Positions 1-9,348 are shown, counted from the first letter of the stretch. The stretch is DNA of 33,289 bases from an archaeon (GCA_002687815.1 NZBH01000051.1:1-33289), one strand, 5' to 3'. Made by a program: numbers and translations. Notes: a model not told the origin generated them from the letters alone.

Positions 1-2
1 AA

Positions 3-1232
3 CAATTATCAATAATATTAGGAGCTAAATTTGGAAGTCTTCTTTCATTAGGTATTGGACCAATTGTAACAGCATCTATCGTCTTGCAATTGTTGAATGG
101 TTCTGGTATTTTAAAGATAGATATGACTACAGAAGATGGTAAGAAAACTTTCCAAGGTTTACAGAAAGTATTGGCTTTATTTTTTATTATATTTGAAGCA
201 ATAATTTATGTTTTTATGGGTGGTTTGGCACCGTCTGCTGCTTTAACGGGTTCGGTTTTTAGATCTGTACAATTTTTATTAGTATTCCAGTTATTTTTAG
301 GCGGTTTGCTGATATTATTCATGGATGAGGTAGTTGCTAAATGGGGATTTGGTTCTGGTATTAGTTTATTTATAGCAGCTGGTGTTTCAGAACAAATTTT
401 TATTACTGCTTTGAGCCCATTAAATAGTGCTGGTAGATTAGCATGGGGTTCTGGTCTTCCTGCTATAGGAAAAGTTTGGATATTCTTTACTTCTTTATTT
501 AATGGAGATATAGTAAGCATGGGTCTTGCATTTGCAGCAATTGCTTCAACTATTTTTGTATTTTTATTAGCGGTATATGCACAAGCAATGAAAGTAGAAA
601 TACCTCTGTCTTTTGGTAGAGTCAGAGGTTATGGAATTAGATGGCCTTTAAGATTTATTTATACTTCAAATATACCAGTAATTTTAGTTGCAGCGCTAAT
701 GGCGAATATGCAATTATGGGCTAGATTGCTTGAAAGATGGGGTTATCCGCTATTAGGAACCTTCAGTGGGAACACTCCTGTTACTGGAATAGTATCTTGG
801 CTATTTTCTCCAAATGTTGTTAGAAATTTATTAACTGGTACGTTACAAGGGATAGATTTAGCTCATGCTGGAGTTTATATATTATTTATGATGGGTGGAG
901 CAGTAATATTCTCTATATTTTGGGTACAAACCTCTGGAATGGATGCAAGAAGTCAGGCAAAACAGATTATGTCTTCTGGTTTACAAATTCCAGGATTTAG
1001 AAGAGACCAAAGAGTCTTAGAAAGGATCTTGGGTAGATATATATTTCCATTAACAATAATGGGTGCTTTGACAGTTGGTTTTTTAGCAGCCTCAGCAGAC
1101 CTTTTAGGAGCTTTAAGCAGGGGTACTGGAATATTATTAGCTGTAATGATCATTTATAAGTTGTATGAAGATGTTTCTAAGCAACATATGATGGATATGC
1201 ATCCAATGTTGAGAAAAATGATGGGCAAGTAA
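3..1232 (+). CDS. secY: Preprotein translocase subunit SecY/Sec61alpha (5'-partial, start lies before the window)
   Basis: Frame is open from base 3 (QLSIILGAKFGSLLSLGIGPIVTASIVLQLL). Motifs: LGIGPIVTASI, KWGFGSGISLFI, FIYTSNIP, IPGFRRD, GTGILLAV. Multiple TM helices. Confidence 0.97.
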   Translation, partial: QLSIILGAKFGSLLSLGIGPIVTASIVLQLLNGSGILKIDMTTEDGKKTFQGLQKVLALFFIIFEAIIYVFMGGLAPSAALTGSVFRSVQFLLVFQLFLGGLLILFMDEVVAKWGFGSGISLFIAAGVSEQIFITALSPLNSAGRLAWGSGLPAIGKVWIFFTSLFNGDIVSMGLAFAAIASTIFVFLLAVYAQAMKVEIPLSFGRVRGYGIRWPLRFIYTSNIPVILVAALMANMQLWARLLERWGYPLLGTFSGNTPVTGIVSWLFSPNVVRNLLTGTLQGIDLAHAGVYILFMMGGAVIFSIFWVQTSGMDARSQAKQIMSSGLQIPGFRRDQRVLERILGRYIFPLTIMGALTVGFLAASADLLGALSRGTGILLAVMIIYKLYEDVSKQHMMDMHPMLRKMMGK

Positions 1233-1240
1233 GGTTTAAT

Positions 1241-1260
1241 AAACAAAACCTTTAAAAATA
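1241..1260 (+). promoter_or_regulatory. Putative BRE/TATA promoter for the DUF106-eL34-eL14-pfdA unit
   Basis: AAACAAAACC followed by TTTAAAAA (1251-1258), 26 nt before ATG 1285. This spacing fits a leaderless or short-leader archaeal transcript. Confidence 0.5.
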
Positions 1261-1284
1261 GAAAAACTAAATTTATATTGTAAA

Positions 1285-1734
1285 ATGTTTGATTCATTTT
1301 TTAATACGGTATTGGGACCATTGATAGAATGGTCACCATTAGGAACGATTGTAATAGTGTCTTTTGCGTTAACATCACTAATTACTCTAGTCTATAAACT
1401 AATGACAGACCAAGAATTAATGAAATCTTTAAAAGCTGAGATAAAAGGATTTCAGCAAGAAATGAAAGAGCATAAAGAGGATAAAGAGAAGATGATGGAA
1501 CTTCAGAAAAGGGCTATGGAAAAGAATATGAAGTATATGAAGCATAGCATGAAACCAACATTAATTACATTTGTTCCAGTAATTATTATTTTTGGATGGT
1601 TAAGAACTACCTTTGAGTCAATTGGTAAAATAATGATACCAATAGTATCTGTTAATTTGAGTTGGTTTTGGATATATCTTGTATGTTCAATTGTTTTTAG
1701 TATTGTTCTTAGAAAAATTCTAAAAGTAAATTAA
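1285..1734 (+). CDS. DUF106 / EMC3-TMCO1-Oxa1 superfamily membrane protein insertase
   Basis: TM helix, coiled coil (ELMKSLKAEIK...MMELQKRAM), SMKPTLITFVP and C-terminal WFWIY. Sits in its usual position after secY. Confidence 0.9.
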   Translation: MFDSFFNTVLGPLIEWSPLGTIVIVSFALTSLITLVYKLMTDQELMKSLKAEIKGFQQEMKEHKEDKEKMMELQKRAMEKNMKYMKHSMKPTLITFVPVIIIFGWLRTTFESIGKIMIPIVSVNLSWFWIYLVCSIVFSIVLRKILKVN

Positions 1735-1736
1735 AA

Positions 1737-2000
1737 ATGGCAGTAAAACATAAATCAAGAAGTTTGAGAAGAGTCTCTAGAAAATTACCTGGTGGAAAGG
1801 TTACAATTCAATATAAAAAAAGAAAACCAGGAAGAGCTAAATGTAGTAATTGCGGTAAACCTTTAATGGGTGTGCCAAGAGAGCTTCCATCTAAAATGAA
1901 GACTTTATCTAAAACAGAGAAAAGACCTGAAAGACCTTATGGTGGAGTTTTATGTTCTAAGTGTATGAGAAGTAAAATAATAAAAGAAGTAAGAAAATGA
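1737..2000 (+). CDS. rpl34e: 50S ribosomal protein eL34
   Basis: KLPGGK, CSNC, RPERPYGGVLCSKC. Confidence 0.96.
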   Translation: MAVKHKSRSLRRVSRKLPGGKVTIQYKKRKPGRAKCSNCGKPLMGVPRELPSKMKTLSKTEKRPERPYGGVLCSKCMRSKIIKEVRK

Positions 2001-2299
2001 AAATTGGACAAATTTGTGTTAAAATTTCTGGTAGAGAAGCAAATAAGAAATGTGTTATTGTTGATATTGTTGATGATACATTTGTTTTAATAGATGGTAA
2101 TGTTAGAAGAAGAAAATGCAATGTTAAACATTTAGAGCCTCTTGATAAAGTTTTAAAAATTTCTAAGAAAGCTTCAACAGCAAAAGTACACGAAGCAATG
2201 AAAAAAGAAAAAATCGAAATTATTGAAAGAAAAAAGAAAAAAGTTACTAAAAAAGTTAAACCTCAAAGAAAACGAAAAGTAAAAAATGACGGAAAATAA
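1997..2299 (+). CDS. rpl14e: 50S ribosomal protein eL14 with basic C-terminal tail
   Basis: IGQICVKISGREA...CVIVDIVDDTFVLIDG.VRRRKCNVKHLEP (KOW fold). ATGA overlap with rpl34e. Confidence 0.95.
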   Translation: MKIGQICVKISGREANKKCVIVDIVDDTFVLIDGNVRRRKCNVKHLEPLDKVLKISKKASTAKVHEAMKKEKIEIIERKKKKVTKKVKPQRKRKVKNDGK

Positions 2300-2690
2300 T
2301 TCTCAAGAAAAATATTTAGAATTCCAAACTCTAAATCAAAAACTTGGTCAGATGAATCAAGAATTAAATTTGATGGAGCAGCAATTAATGGAACTTAAAA
2401 TAATTGAAGAAAGTTTGATTAATCTTAAAAAAGTAAAACCAGGAACTAAAACTCTTTCATCTGTTGGTCCGGGTATATTTGCTGAATCTAGATTGGATAA
2501 CAATAAAGAAGTTTTAATGAATATTGGAGCTTCAGTTGTAGTTAAAAAATCCATTTTAAGTGCAAAAACAACTATTTCAAATAAAGTTGAAAAAATAAAT
2601 GAATTGATGAAACAATTACAAAAAGAGATAGAAAGTGTAAATGGTAATTTACAAAAACTCTCAAGAGATCTTATAGAGAGTGAAAGATAA
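2286..2690 (+). CDS. pfdA: Prefoldin subunit alpha
   Basis: Coiled coil, beta-hairpins (SSVGPGIFA, EVLMNIGASVVVKKS), coiled coil. Confidence 0.9.
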   Translation: MTENNSQEKYLEFQTLNQKLGQMNQELNLMEQQLMELKIIEESLINLKKVKPGTKTLSSVGPGIFAESRLDNNKEVLMNIGASVVVKKSILSAKTTISNKVEKINELMKQLQKEIESVNGNLQKLSRDLIESER

Positions 2691-2726
2691 TAATAGTTAT
2701 AAATTCTTTTAATTAGTCTTCTTGTT

Positions 2727-3938
2727 ATGAATCCTTTGAGCTTTTATTCTAAAAAAGAAATTCAAAAAGCAATAGCTAAAATAGCTAAAGATAGAGAAAT
2801 TGTAGTAAAATATGGGGATAAAGGTTTTGGGAAAAGGCCTGATATTGTTCAATTTGATGGAGATATTTTAGAATTAGCAAAACAAGGTGTAACTTCTTTT
2901 CATATTTCAGAGGAACATTGGTCAGATCCTTTGAAATTACAGCCAGGTATGATGAAAAAACAATTAGATGAACTAAGAACTGGTTGGGATTTTTTAATAG
3001 ATATTGATGCTGAAGCCTTAGAATATTCTAAAGTTGCTGCTAATTTAATAGTAGAAGCATTAAAATTTCATGATATTAAAGATATATCTGTAAAATATTC
3101 TGGTAATAGAGGATTTCATATTGGAATTCCTTTTGAAGCGTTTCCTGACAAAGTAAATAATCAAGATACAAAGATGTTATTTCCTGAAGGTACAAGAGTA
3201 ATTGCTTTGTATTTAAAACAATTAATTGAAGAACAATTAAAAAGTATTCTTAAGAATGAAACTCCTTTTTCCTTGGTTGATGTTGATACTGTTTTAATAT
3301 CTAATAGGCATACATTTAGAGCTCCATATAGTTTACATGAGAAAACTGGTTTAGCTAGTATTCCAATAAAACCAGATCAAATTTTGAGTTTTAAAAAAGA
3401 ACAAGCAGAACCAGAAAAAGTAAAATTTGATATAAAATTTTTAGAAAATGTAAATAAAAATGAAGCTTCCCAATTAATAATACAGGCATTTGATTGGCAT
3501 TCTAAAAATATAATTAAAGTTGTTGAGATAAAACCTAATAGGGAATATGATATTCCTAAAATAGCAGTAAAAGAGGATTTTTTTCCGCCTTGTATAAAAT
3601 TTATTTTAGACGGACTAAAAGATGATGGAAGAAAAAGATCTTTATTTATTTTAATAAATTTTTTGAGTTCTCTTGGTTGGAAATCAGAAGATATGCAAAA
3701 TTTGTTATTGGAATGGGATAAGAAAAATCATTCTCCTTTGAAAGATGGTTATGTAAAATCCCAATTAATGTGGTATAAAAAAAGAAAAAAAGCAATTCTT
3801 CCACCTAATTGTAGTAATGAAGCGTATTACAAGAGTATTAATATTTGTAAACCTGATAATTTGTGTAAGATGATAAAGAATCCTGTTAATTATTCTGTTA
3901 GAAAAACTAGATTTAAAAAAAGAAAGAAAAAATCTTAA
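2727..3938 (+). CDS. priSL: Fused DNA primase PriS-PriL (DPANN type)
   Basis: PriS motifs DFLIDID, KYSGNRGFHIG and FRAPYSLHEKTG, followed by the PriL Fe-S domain FPPCI...PPNC...C...LC...KNPVNY. Confidence 0.92.
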   Translation: MNPLSFYSKKEIQKAIAKIAKDREIVVKYGDKGFGKRPDIVQFDGDILELAKQGVTSFHISEEHWSDPLKLQPGMMKKQLDELRTGWDFLIDIDAEALEYSKVAANLIVEALKFHDIKDISVKYSGNRGFHIGIPFEAFPDKVNNQDTKMLFPEGTRVIALYLKQLIEEQLKSILKNETPFSLVDVDTVLISNRHTFRAPYSLHEKTGLASIPIKPDQILSFKKEQAEPEKVKFDIKFLENVNKNEASQLIIQAFDWHSKNIIKVVEIKPNREYDIPKIAVKEDFFPPCIKFILDGLKDDGRKRSLFILINFLSSLGWKSEDMQNLLLEWDKKNHSPLKDGYVKSQLMWYKKRKKAILPPNCSNEAYYKSINICKPDNLCKMIKNPVNYSVRKTRFKKRKKKS

Positions 3939-4541
3939 TTATTTCAATAAGTTTATAATTTTCTTAATGTTTTTTTTATTAAAATCTTTCTTGTAATCTT
4001 TTACTAAAGATATTAAAGTAGATTTTTTAATTTTTTTAAAACCTTTTTTTGTTAATATATCTGAAACTTTTTTTGATATTAAAAATTGACAAAATTGTGT
4101 TGTATTTTTTGGCTTTTCAGTTTTTCTGCATCTTTCAAAGTCAATCATTTTTGCATTATTTTTTTCAATTAAAATATGTTTTATTGGATGATGCATTTCT
4201 TTTTTTTCTATTTGTAAAGAATCTAAAATGTAACATTTTTCAAAAATATCTTTTAGAATTCTCTTTATGTTTTTTTTATTTGCTTTTTCCATCCAATCTA
4301 GAATTCTTTCTCCTTCAATGAATTTGTAAATAATAGAATCTTTTTTTGAATGTAATAATTTTGGACCAATTTTTTTCTTGTTTAAAATTTTTAAGAATTT
4401 AGCTTCATTTGCAATATGTTCTTTTACAGAAATATCTTTTCTTGCAACTTTTATTCCAACTTTTTTATTACCTAAAAAAGCTGTGTATACATTACTTCTT
4501 TTACCTTTTGCAAGAAATTTCTTTTTTTTAATACTAATCAT
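3939..4541 (-). CDS. Small archaeal Ser/Thr kinase-like protein (Bud32/RIO-related fold)
   Basis: LAKGKRSNVY loop, GIKV Lys, NEAKFL, FIEG hinge, KEMHHPIKHILI catalytic-loop region, MIDFE. Confidence 0.75.
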   Translation of the reverse strand: MISIKKKKFLAKGKRSNVYTAFLGNKKVGIKVARKDISVKEHIANEAKFLKILNKKKIGPKLLHSKKDSIIYKFIEGERILDWMEKANKKNIKRILKDIFEKCYILDSLQIEKKEMHHPIKHILIEKNNAKMIDFERCRKTEKPKNTTQFCQFLISKKVSDILTKKGFKKIKKSTLISLVKDYKKDFNKKNIKKIINLLK

Positions 4542-4560
4542 AGAATAGTAAATAGAAAAT

Positions 4561-4570
4561 TATTTAAATA
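4561..4570. promoter_or_regulatory. Palindromic TATA-like element between the divergent kinase and surface-protein genes
   Basis: TATTTAAATA palindrome, about 20 nt from ATG 4541 (-) and 33 nt from ATG 4604 (+; GAGGA SD-like just upstream). Confidence 0.4.
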
Positions 4571-4603
4571 AACTTCGATAATATTACTTAAAAAGAGGAT
4601 TGC

Positions 4604-6340
4604 ATGAAAAAAATAAGTTTATTTTTATTTAGCCTGATTATTTTGTCTTCATTTGTATTTGCAACAACTAGTATTGAAAAAGGTGCTGATTGGCTTGTAA
4701 ATAATACAGATTGGAAAGATGATGGTATTGAAGAAGTAACTTTTTCTATTTTATCTTTAGATTTGGCTGAATTCTCTAATGAAGTTGAAGAAGGATTAGA
4801 TGAGCTTTTAAAAAGAGAAAATTCTGGTGATTGTTGGCCTAAAGGTACTTGTAAAGTAAAAGAAACAGCTTTGGCTTTATTAGTTCTTAATCATCTTGAT
4901 AAACCAACTTCTGAAGTTTTAGATTGGCTTTATGATGCACAAATTTCTGCTTTAGATACTGGGACTTTCTGGATTCAGATGGCATCTGATGTTGATGGGG
5001 ATTGTGTTTTAAATTATGATGGTAAGAAAAGAACATTTACACTTAAAGATAATAAAATTGCAAAATGTAGTAATAATCCTTGGTTAGATGTTGATTGTAT
5101 TGAGAAAAATTTCATGGTTGATTCTTTAAGTAGAGAAGTAGATGTTGATTGTTCTTCTTTACCGGGTAGTGTAATTATCTCTTTGATATATCAAACTGAT
5201 GATTCTTATTATTTACTTCAAGAAGAGCATAGTAATGCTGCAACTATTAAAATAAATAATGCTTGTTTTGGTACATCTTCAGTAAGTAGTTCTTGCGATT
5301 ATAAATCAACTGCTTTTGCAACCTGGGTTTTGTCTTTGTTGGGCGAAGAATTGAATACTATGTCCTATTTAGAAAGCGAAATTTCAGATGGTGATATTCT
5401 AAGTCATGCTTTACTTTACTTAATTACTAAAAAGAATGTTTATTCTAATTGGTTAGTTGAACATCAAAGTGCTTCTGGTAATTTTGGAGATATTTATACA
5501 ACTGCTTTTGCTAATCTTGCTTTAAAAGGAAATCCTGTTGCAAGTAATTCTACTGGGTGGTTGAAAATAAGACAAAAACTAGATGGTTCCTGGAATGATA
5601 ATATAAGAGATACTTCTGTTGTTTTATTTAGTCTTTTAGGAGGAATAGAAGGAAAGGATGTAACTGGGGAAAGTTGTACTGATTCTGGTTATACGTGTTG
5701 TGATTCTTGTGAAATGGGTTCTGAAAAACCTACCTATAATGATGGTTGTTATAGCGGTGAAGTTTGTTGTGATAAATGTGAATCTGTTGTAGTAGAATCT
5801 TATTGTGGTGATGGTACTTGTGATATTGAAGAGGATGAAGTATCTTGTCCTGAAGATTGTAAGGTTTCTGGTTATTGTGGTGATGGTACTTGTGATATTG
5901 AAGAGGATGAAGTATCTTGTCCTGAAGATTGTAGAGGAGAAATAGATGTTCCTACAAGTTTTTGTGGTGATGGAGAATGTGAAATGGATGAAGATGGATC
6001 ATCTTGCCCCGAAGATTGTAAAGGATTTCCAACATGGATTATTGTAATTTTAGTAATTATTTTATTGGGAGTTGGCTTTTATTTTGTTTATAATAAATTT
6101 TTGAAAGGTAAAATTAAATTACCTGATATTTCCAAAATAATTAAATTTAAGATAGGATCTGGTAAGAAACAGCCTGCTAGAGTTCCTGCACAAAGACCTG
6201 CTTATCCTGCAAGAAGACAACCACTAGTTGCGAGAGGTAGAGCTGCTCCAAGAAGAATGTCTCCAAGAAGATCAAAAGTAGAAACTGAGCTTGAGAAATC
6301 CTTAAATGAAGCAAAAAAATTATTAGGTAAGAAAAAATGA
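4604..6340 (+). CDS. Secreted, C-terminally anchored surface protein: prenyltransferase/squalene-cyclase-like alpha/alpha repeats, three Cys-rich CGDG repeats, TM helix, basic cytoplasmic tail
   Basis: Signal peptide MKKISLFLFSLIILSSFVFA. QW-like motifs WLVEHQSASGNFG and WLKIRQKLDGSWN. CGDGxCxxxEDxxSCPEDC x3. TM WIIVILVIILLGVGFYFVY. R/P/K-rich tail. Confidence 0.8.
   Translation: MKKISLFLFSLIILSSFVFATTSIEKGADWLVNNTDWKDDGIEEVTFSILSLDLAEFSNEVEEGLDELLKRENSGDCWPKGTCKVKETALALLVLNHLDKPTSEVLDWLYDAQISALDTGTFWIQMASDVDGDCVLNYDGKKRTFTLKDNKIAKCSNNPWLDVDCIEKNFMVDSLSREVDVDCSSLPGSVIISLIYQTDDSYYLLQEEHSNAATIKINNACFGTSSVSSSCDYKSTAFATWVLSLLGEELNTMSYLESEISDGDILSHALLYLITKKNVYSNWLVEHQSASGNFGDIYTTAFANLALKGNPVASNSTGWLKIRQKLDGSWNDNIRDTSVVLFSLLGGIEGKDVTGESCTDSGYTCCDSCEMGSEKPTYNDGCYSGEVCCDKCESVVVESYCGDGTCDIEEDEVSCPEDCKVSGYCGDGTCDIEEDEVSCPEDCRGEIDVPTSFCGDGECEMDEDGSSCPEDCKGFPTWIIVILVIILLGVGFYFVYNKFLKGKIKLPDISKIIKFKIGSGKKQPARVPAQRPAYPARRQPLVARGRAAPRRMSPRRSKVETELEKSLNEAKKLLGKKK
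5800..5933 (+). repeat. Intragenic direct repeat: two identical 62-bp copies, period 72 bp, plus a diverged third copy at about 5960-6021
   Basis: ttattgtggtgatggtacttgtgatattgaagaggatgaagtatcttgtcctgaagattgta occurs at 5800-5861 and 5872-5933. Confidence 0.95.
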
Positions 6341-6564
6341 GTCCATTATTTGAACTTAGTGATGAGAATAAACATATTTTTAAGAAATATCTAGAGAATA
6401 ATATAGGGATTATTGGTGTTGTATTTGCAACTATAGGATTTACAAATTATCTTTTTGCTGGTAAAATTGTTGATAAAAATTTAAGTTTAGTTATTCTTAT
6501 AATAGGTGGAGTATTAATTGTTCTTCATTATGTTAATCATGTTTTAATTACAAATTTAGAATAA
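6337..6564 (+). CDS. Small hypothetical membrane protein (2 TM)
   Basis: 75 aa with two hydrophobic segments. ATGA overlap with the upstream gene. Confidence 0.65.
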   Translation: MSPLFELSDENKHIFKKYLENNIGIIGVVFATIGFTNYLFAGKIVDKNLSLVILIIGGVLIVLHYVNHVLITNLE

Positions 6565-6957
6565 TTATTTAATATTTAATTTCTTTTTTAGAACAAAATT
6601 TTGTGCATTTAGATTTTTTACTAACATATCATATCTATGTAATTTTGCTAGTAAATCATTTAATAAATCTGTGGTGTATTCTGATTCAAGATCTACTTTT
6701 TCAGGTTCTAGAATTTCTATTGAGCTTGGCATGTAATCAAAGCAAATATCAAATAATCTAGCAATGTTTTCTATCTCTATTTCGAATTCAACAAATGTTG
6801 ACCAGAATTGTTTTACTTCTGCAATTTTACTAATGTCTTCTTTAATTACTTTTACATTATCTTCTTTTTTAAATTTGTCTACGACTGTTTCCATAGCTTT
6901 TTCTACATGTTCCTTTGGGCTACCCATGATTTCTATTATTACTCTTGCTTGTATCAT
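6565..6957 (-). CDS. Uncharacterised archaeal protein (possible ferredoxin-like fold with C-terminal coiled coil)
   Basis: Start re-assigned to ATG 6957 (MIQARVIIEIMGSPKEHVE), which forms an ATGA overlap with the upstream stop. Contains FWSTFVEFE and DYMPSSIEILEP. Confidence 0.75.
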   Translation of the reverse strand: MIQARVIIEIMGSPKEHVEKAMETVVDKFKKEDNVKVIKEDISKIAEVKQFWSTFVEFEIEIENIARLFDICFDYMPSSIEILEPEKVDLESEYTTDLLNDLLAKLHRYDMLVKNLNAQNFVLKKKLNIK

Positions 6958-8390
6958 TTTCTTATTCTTTGAAAGATTAGTAGTATTAAAACAGCACAAA
7001 AGAAAAATATTGTTGACCTTTTGGCTTTAATTTCGTTTGATTCGTAGATAATCTTTCCAGTAATTTCCTCCATATCTCTATATATAACCTTTTCGTAATT
7101 TTGATCTGTATTTTCACTACCTGCCTTTTTTATATCTGTTATTGTTTTTTCTTTCTTGATACTTTTACTCTTTTTTTCACATAAATTGCTTTCGCCTTGT
7201 ATTTTTATTTCTTTTGAATCTTTTTCTCCTAAACCTTCTAAGATTAATTCATATAAATTATCTTCAAATTTTCCATTACAATTTAAATCTATTTGTATTG
7301 GTAAGGTTAATTCATATTCTTCAAATTTATCTTCTGCGTTAAATTTAGTTTTTTTGCTTATATCTTGTTCTAATCCTAGACTAATACTCTCTTTTCCCGT
7401 ATCTCCCCTATACACATTTACTTTGATTCTTATGGTGTCGCCCCATTTTGCTTTATTGTCATTTCCAAGGTATATTTTTTCTATACTGATTTTAGAATCT
7501 TTTTCCAAATCTTTTTCTTGTATTATAAAAAATTTAAGATCTTGATTGTTTTCTAGATTAAAGTCATTACAAGATGTTTTTATTGTTGTATTTATGAAGT
7601 ATAAACCTGGAGAGTAATTTGGTGTCCAAGGGCCATCAAAATTTGTTTTATAGATAGCTGTTTTTGTTTTTGGTTGATAATTACTTATAATATTTCCATA
7701 AACATCTTTTATTTCTCTGTATAATATAATTTCTGTTGAAGAACCACCTATTTTTTCTACATTTACATTAAATTCAAAATCTCCAGAGTTATCAAAATAT
7801 TGTTCATATAATTTTATTTCAATTTTCCAATCACATTCATTTTCATAATAATCTATAAAACTTCCATTGTTAGAGTATCCTGGTGTTGGTTCTGCATCCC
7901 ATGGATTATTATTTTCATCTTTAATTATAGATTTCCCATTTTGCGTGTTTTCATATGTTAAATTATCAATTAGATTTCCATTTTTGTTATATAGAAATAA
8001 AATATCACCAGAATTTGATAAACCGTTTCCTATTGCTTCATCATTAACGTATAATTTAGTTGTGTTGTATAAAACTTTGAAATTATTATACACTCTTGTA
8101 TTTGAATCTGTAACCAGAGCATAGCTATTTGGATTAATTATTGTTCCATTATATCCATACAAACCGCCTTCAATTGTATCATTATCATTAATATCGCCAA
8201 TTATCCATTCTGAAACATCAATTGGGTTTTGTGTTGGATTATAAAGCTCTATATATTCATTTAGAGATTCATCATAAAGAGGATCTGCCATTACTTCGTT
8301 AATTATAATATTTGCATAAACTAATTGAGAGAGTAAGATTAAACTAAGACCATATACCTGAAATTTTTTTACCACAAGTACATTTACCAT
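6954..8390 (-). CDS. Lamin-tail-domain (LTD) secreted protein with Ig-like domains and C-terminal membrane anchor
   Basis: Signal-like N-terminus, IIINEVMADP...NEYIELYNPT...DVSEWIIGD, GLSNSGD...PTPG, C-terminal TIFFFCAVLILLIF. Exact start uncertain. Confidence 0.82.
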   Translation of the reverse strand: MVNVLVVKKFQVYGLSLILLSQLVYANIIINEVMADPLYDESLNEYIELYNPTQNPIDVSEWIIGDINDNDTIEGGLYGYNGTIINPNSYALVTDSNTRVYNNFKVLYNTTKLYVNDEAIGNGLSNSGDILFLYNKNGNLIDNLTYENTQNGKSIIKDENNNPWDAEPTPGYSNNGSFIDYYENECDWKIEIKLYEQYFDNSGDFEFNVNVEKIGGSSTEIILYREIKDVYGNIISNYQPKTKTAIYKTNFDGPWTPNYSPGLYFINTTIKTSCNDFNLENNQDLKFFIIQEKDLEKDSKISIEKIYLGNDNKAKWGDTIRIKVNVYRGDTGKESISLGLEQDISKKTKFNAEDKFEEYELTLPIQIDLNCNGKFEDNLYELILEGLGEKDSKEIKIQGESNLCEKKSKSIKKEKTITDIKKAGSENTDQNYEKVIYRDMEEITGKIIYESNEIKAKRSTIFFFCAVLILLIFQRIRK

Positions 8391-9348
8391 TTTTAATGTT
8401 ATTTTGTGATATTGTAAAGCCCATTCTTTCTATTAATAGTTTCTTACATTTTGAACAGTATGTATTTTCTGAATTTTCAATGTTTATGTTTCCAATATAA
8501 ATATATTTCAATCCAGTTTTTAATGCAATTTCTTTTGCTTTTAGCAATGTTTCTTTTGGTGTTGGTTTTATGTTTAGCATTTTATACATTGGAAAAAATC
8601 TTGAAAAATGTAGGGGGGTATTTTCTCCCAGATTATCTTTGATCCATGTGCACATTTTTTTTATTTCTTCTATGTTATCATTCTTTTTAGGAATAATTAG
8701 ATTAGTAATTTCTAACCATACATTATTTTCTTTTAATATCTTTAATGTGTTTAGAATTGATTTAAGAGATGCAGTTGTAAGCTCTTTGTAGAATTTATCA
8801 TCAAAACTTTTTAGATCTATATTGGCAGCATCTAAATACTTACAAAAATCTTTTAATGGTTCTTTGTTAATAAACCCGTTACTTACAATTATGTTTTTTA
8901 ATTTATTTTTTCTAGCTAATTTTGCAATATCTAAAAAGTATTCTATTGCTATTGTTGGTTCTGTGTAGGTGTATGAAATACTTTTACATTTTTCTTCTAT
9001 TGCTTTTTTAACAATTTCTTCTGAAGTTAAGTCTAAATGAGAGATTTCTTCTGGTTTACATTGAGAGATTTCCCAATTTTGGCAATATAGACAATGTAAA
9101 TTACATCCTGCTGTGGCTATAGAAAAGATATTTGTTACTGGTAGAAAATGATATAATGGCTTTTTTTCTATCTTGTCAACATGAACAGTACAAGGTTTTT
9201 CATAAACCAAAGAATAAAGATTTCCATTTTTATTGATTCTAACACCACAATTGCCCTTTGAGTCTTCTTTTATGGTGCAGAATCTAGGACATAATTGGCA
9301 TTGAACTATTTTATTTTTTAATTTTTTATAATAACTAGCTTCTTTCAT
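8344..9348 (-). CDS. amrS: AmmeMemoRadiSam system radical SAM enzyme
   Basis: VQCQLCPRFC, GNCGVR, IEKKPLYHF, GCNLHCLYCQNWEISQ, YTYTEP, HFSRFFP, C-terminal CxxC. Confidence 0.93.
   Translation of the reverse strand: MKEASYYKKLKNKIVQCQLCPRFCTIKEDSKGNCGVRINKNGNLYSLVYEKPCTVHVDKIEKKPLYHFLPVTNIFSIATAGCNLHCLYCQNWEISQCKPEEISHLDLTSEEIVKKAIEEKCKSISYTYTEPTIAIEYFLDIAKLARKNKLKNIIVSNGFINKEPLKDFCKYLDAANIDLKSFDDKFYKELTTASLKSILNTLKILKENNVWLEITNLIIPKKNDNIEEIKKMCTWIKDNLGENTPLHFSRFFPMYKMLNIKPTPKETLLKAKEIALKTGLKYIYIGNINIENSENTYCSKCKKLLIERMGFTISQNNIKNGKCTCGKKISGIWS

Noticed and set aside
4604-5650. Squalene-hopene cyclase or alpha-2-macroglobulin enzyme call
   Set aside because: Only QW-like structural repeats are present. 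There is no DxDD or CGEQ motif, and the protein is exported.
5800-6021. Direct repeats as a CRISPR array or DGR template/variable repeat
   Set aside because: They are in-frame coding repeats with only 10 bp between copies. Mismatches to the third copy are not adenine-specific, and no cas or reverse transcriptase gene is in the window.
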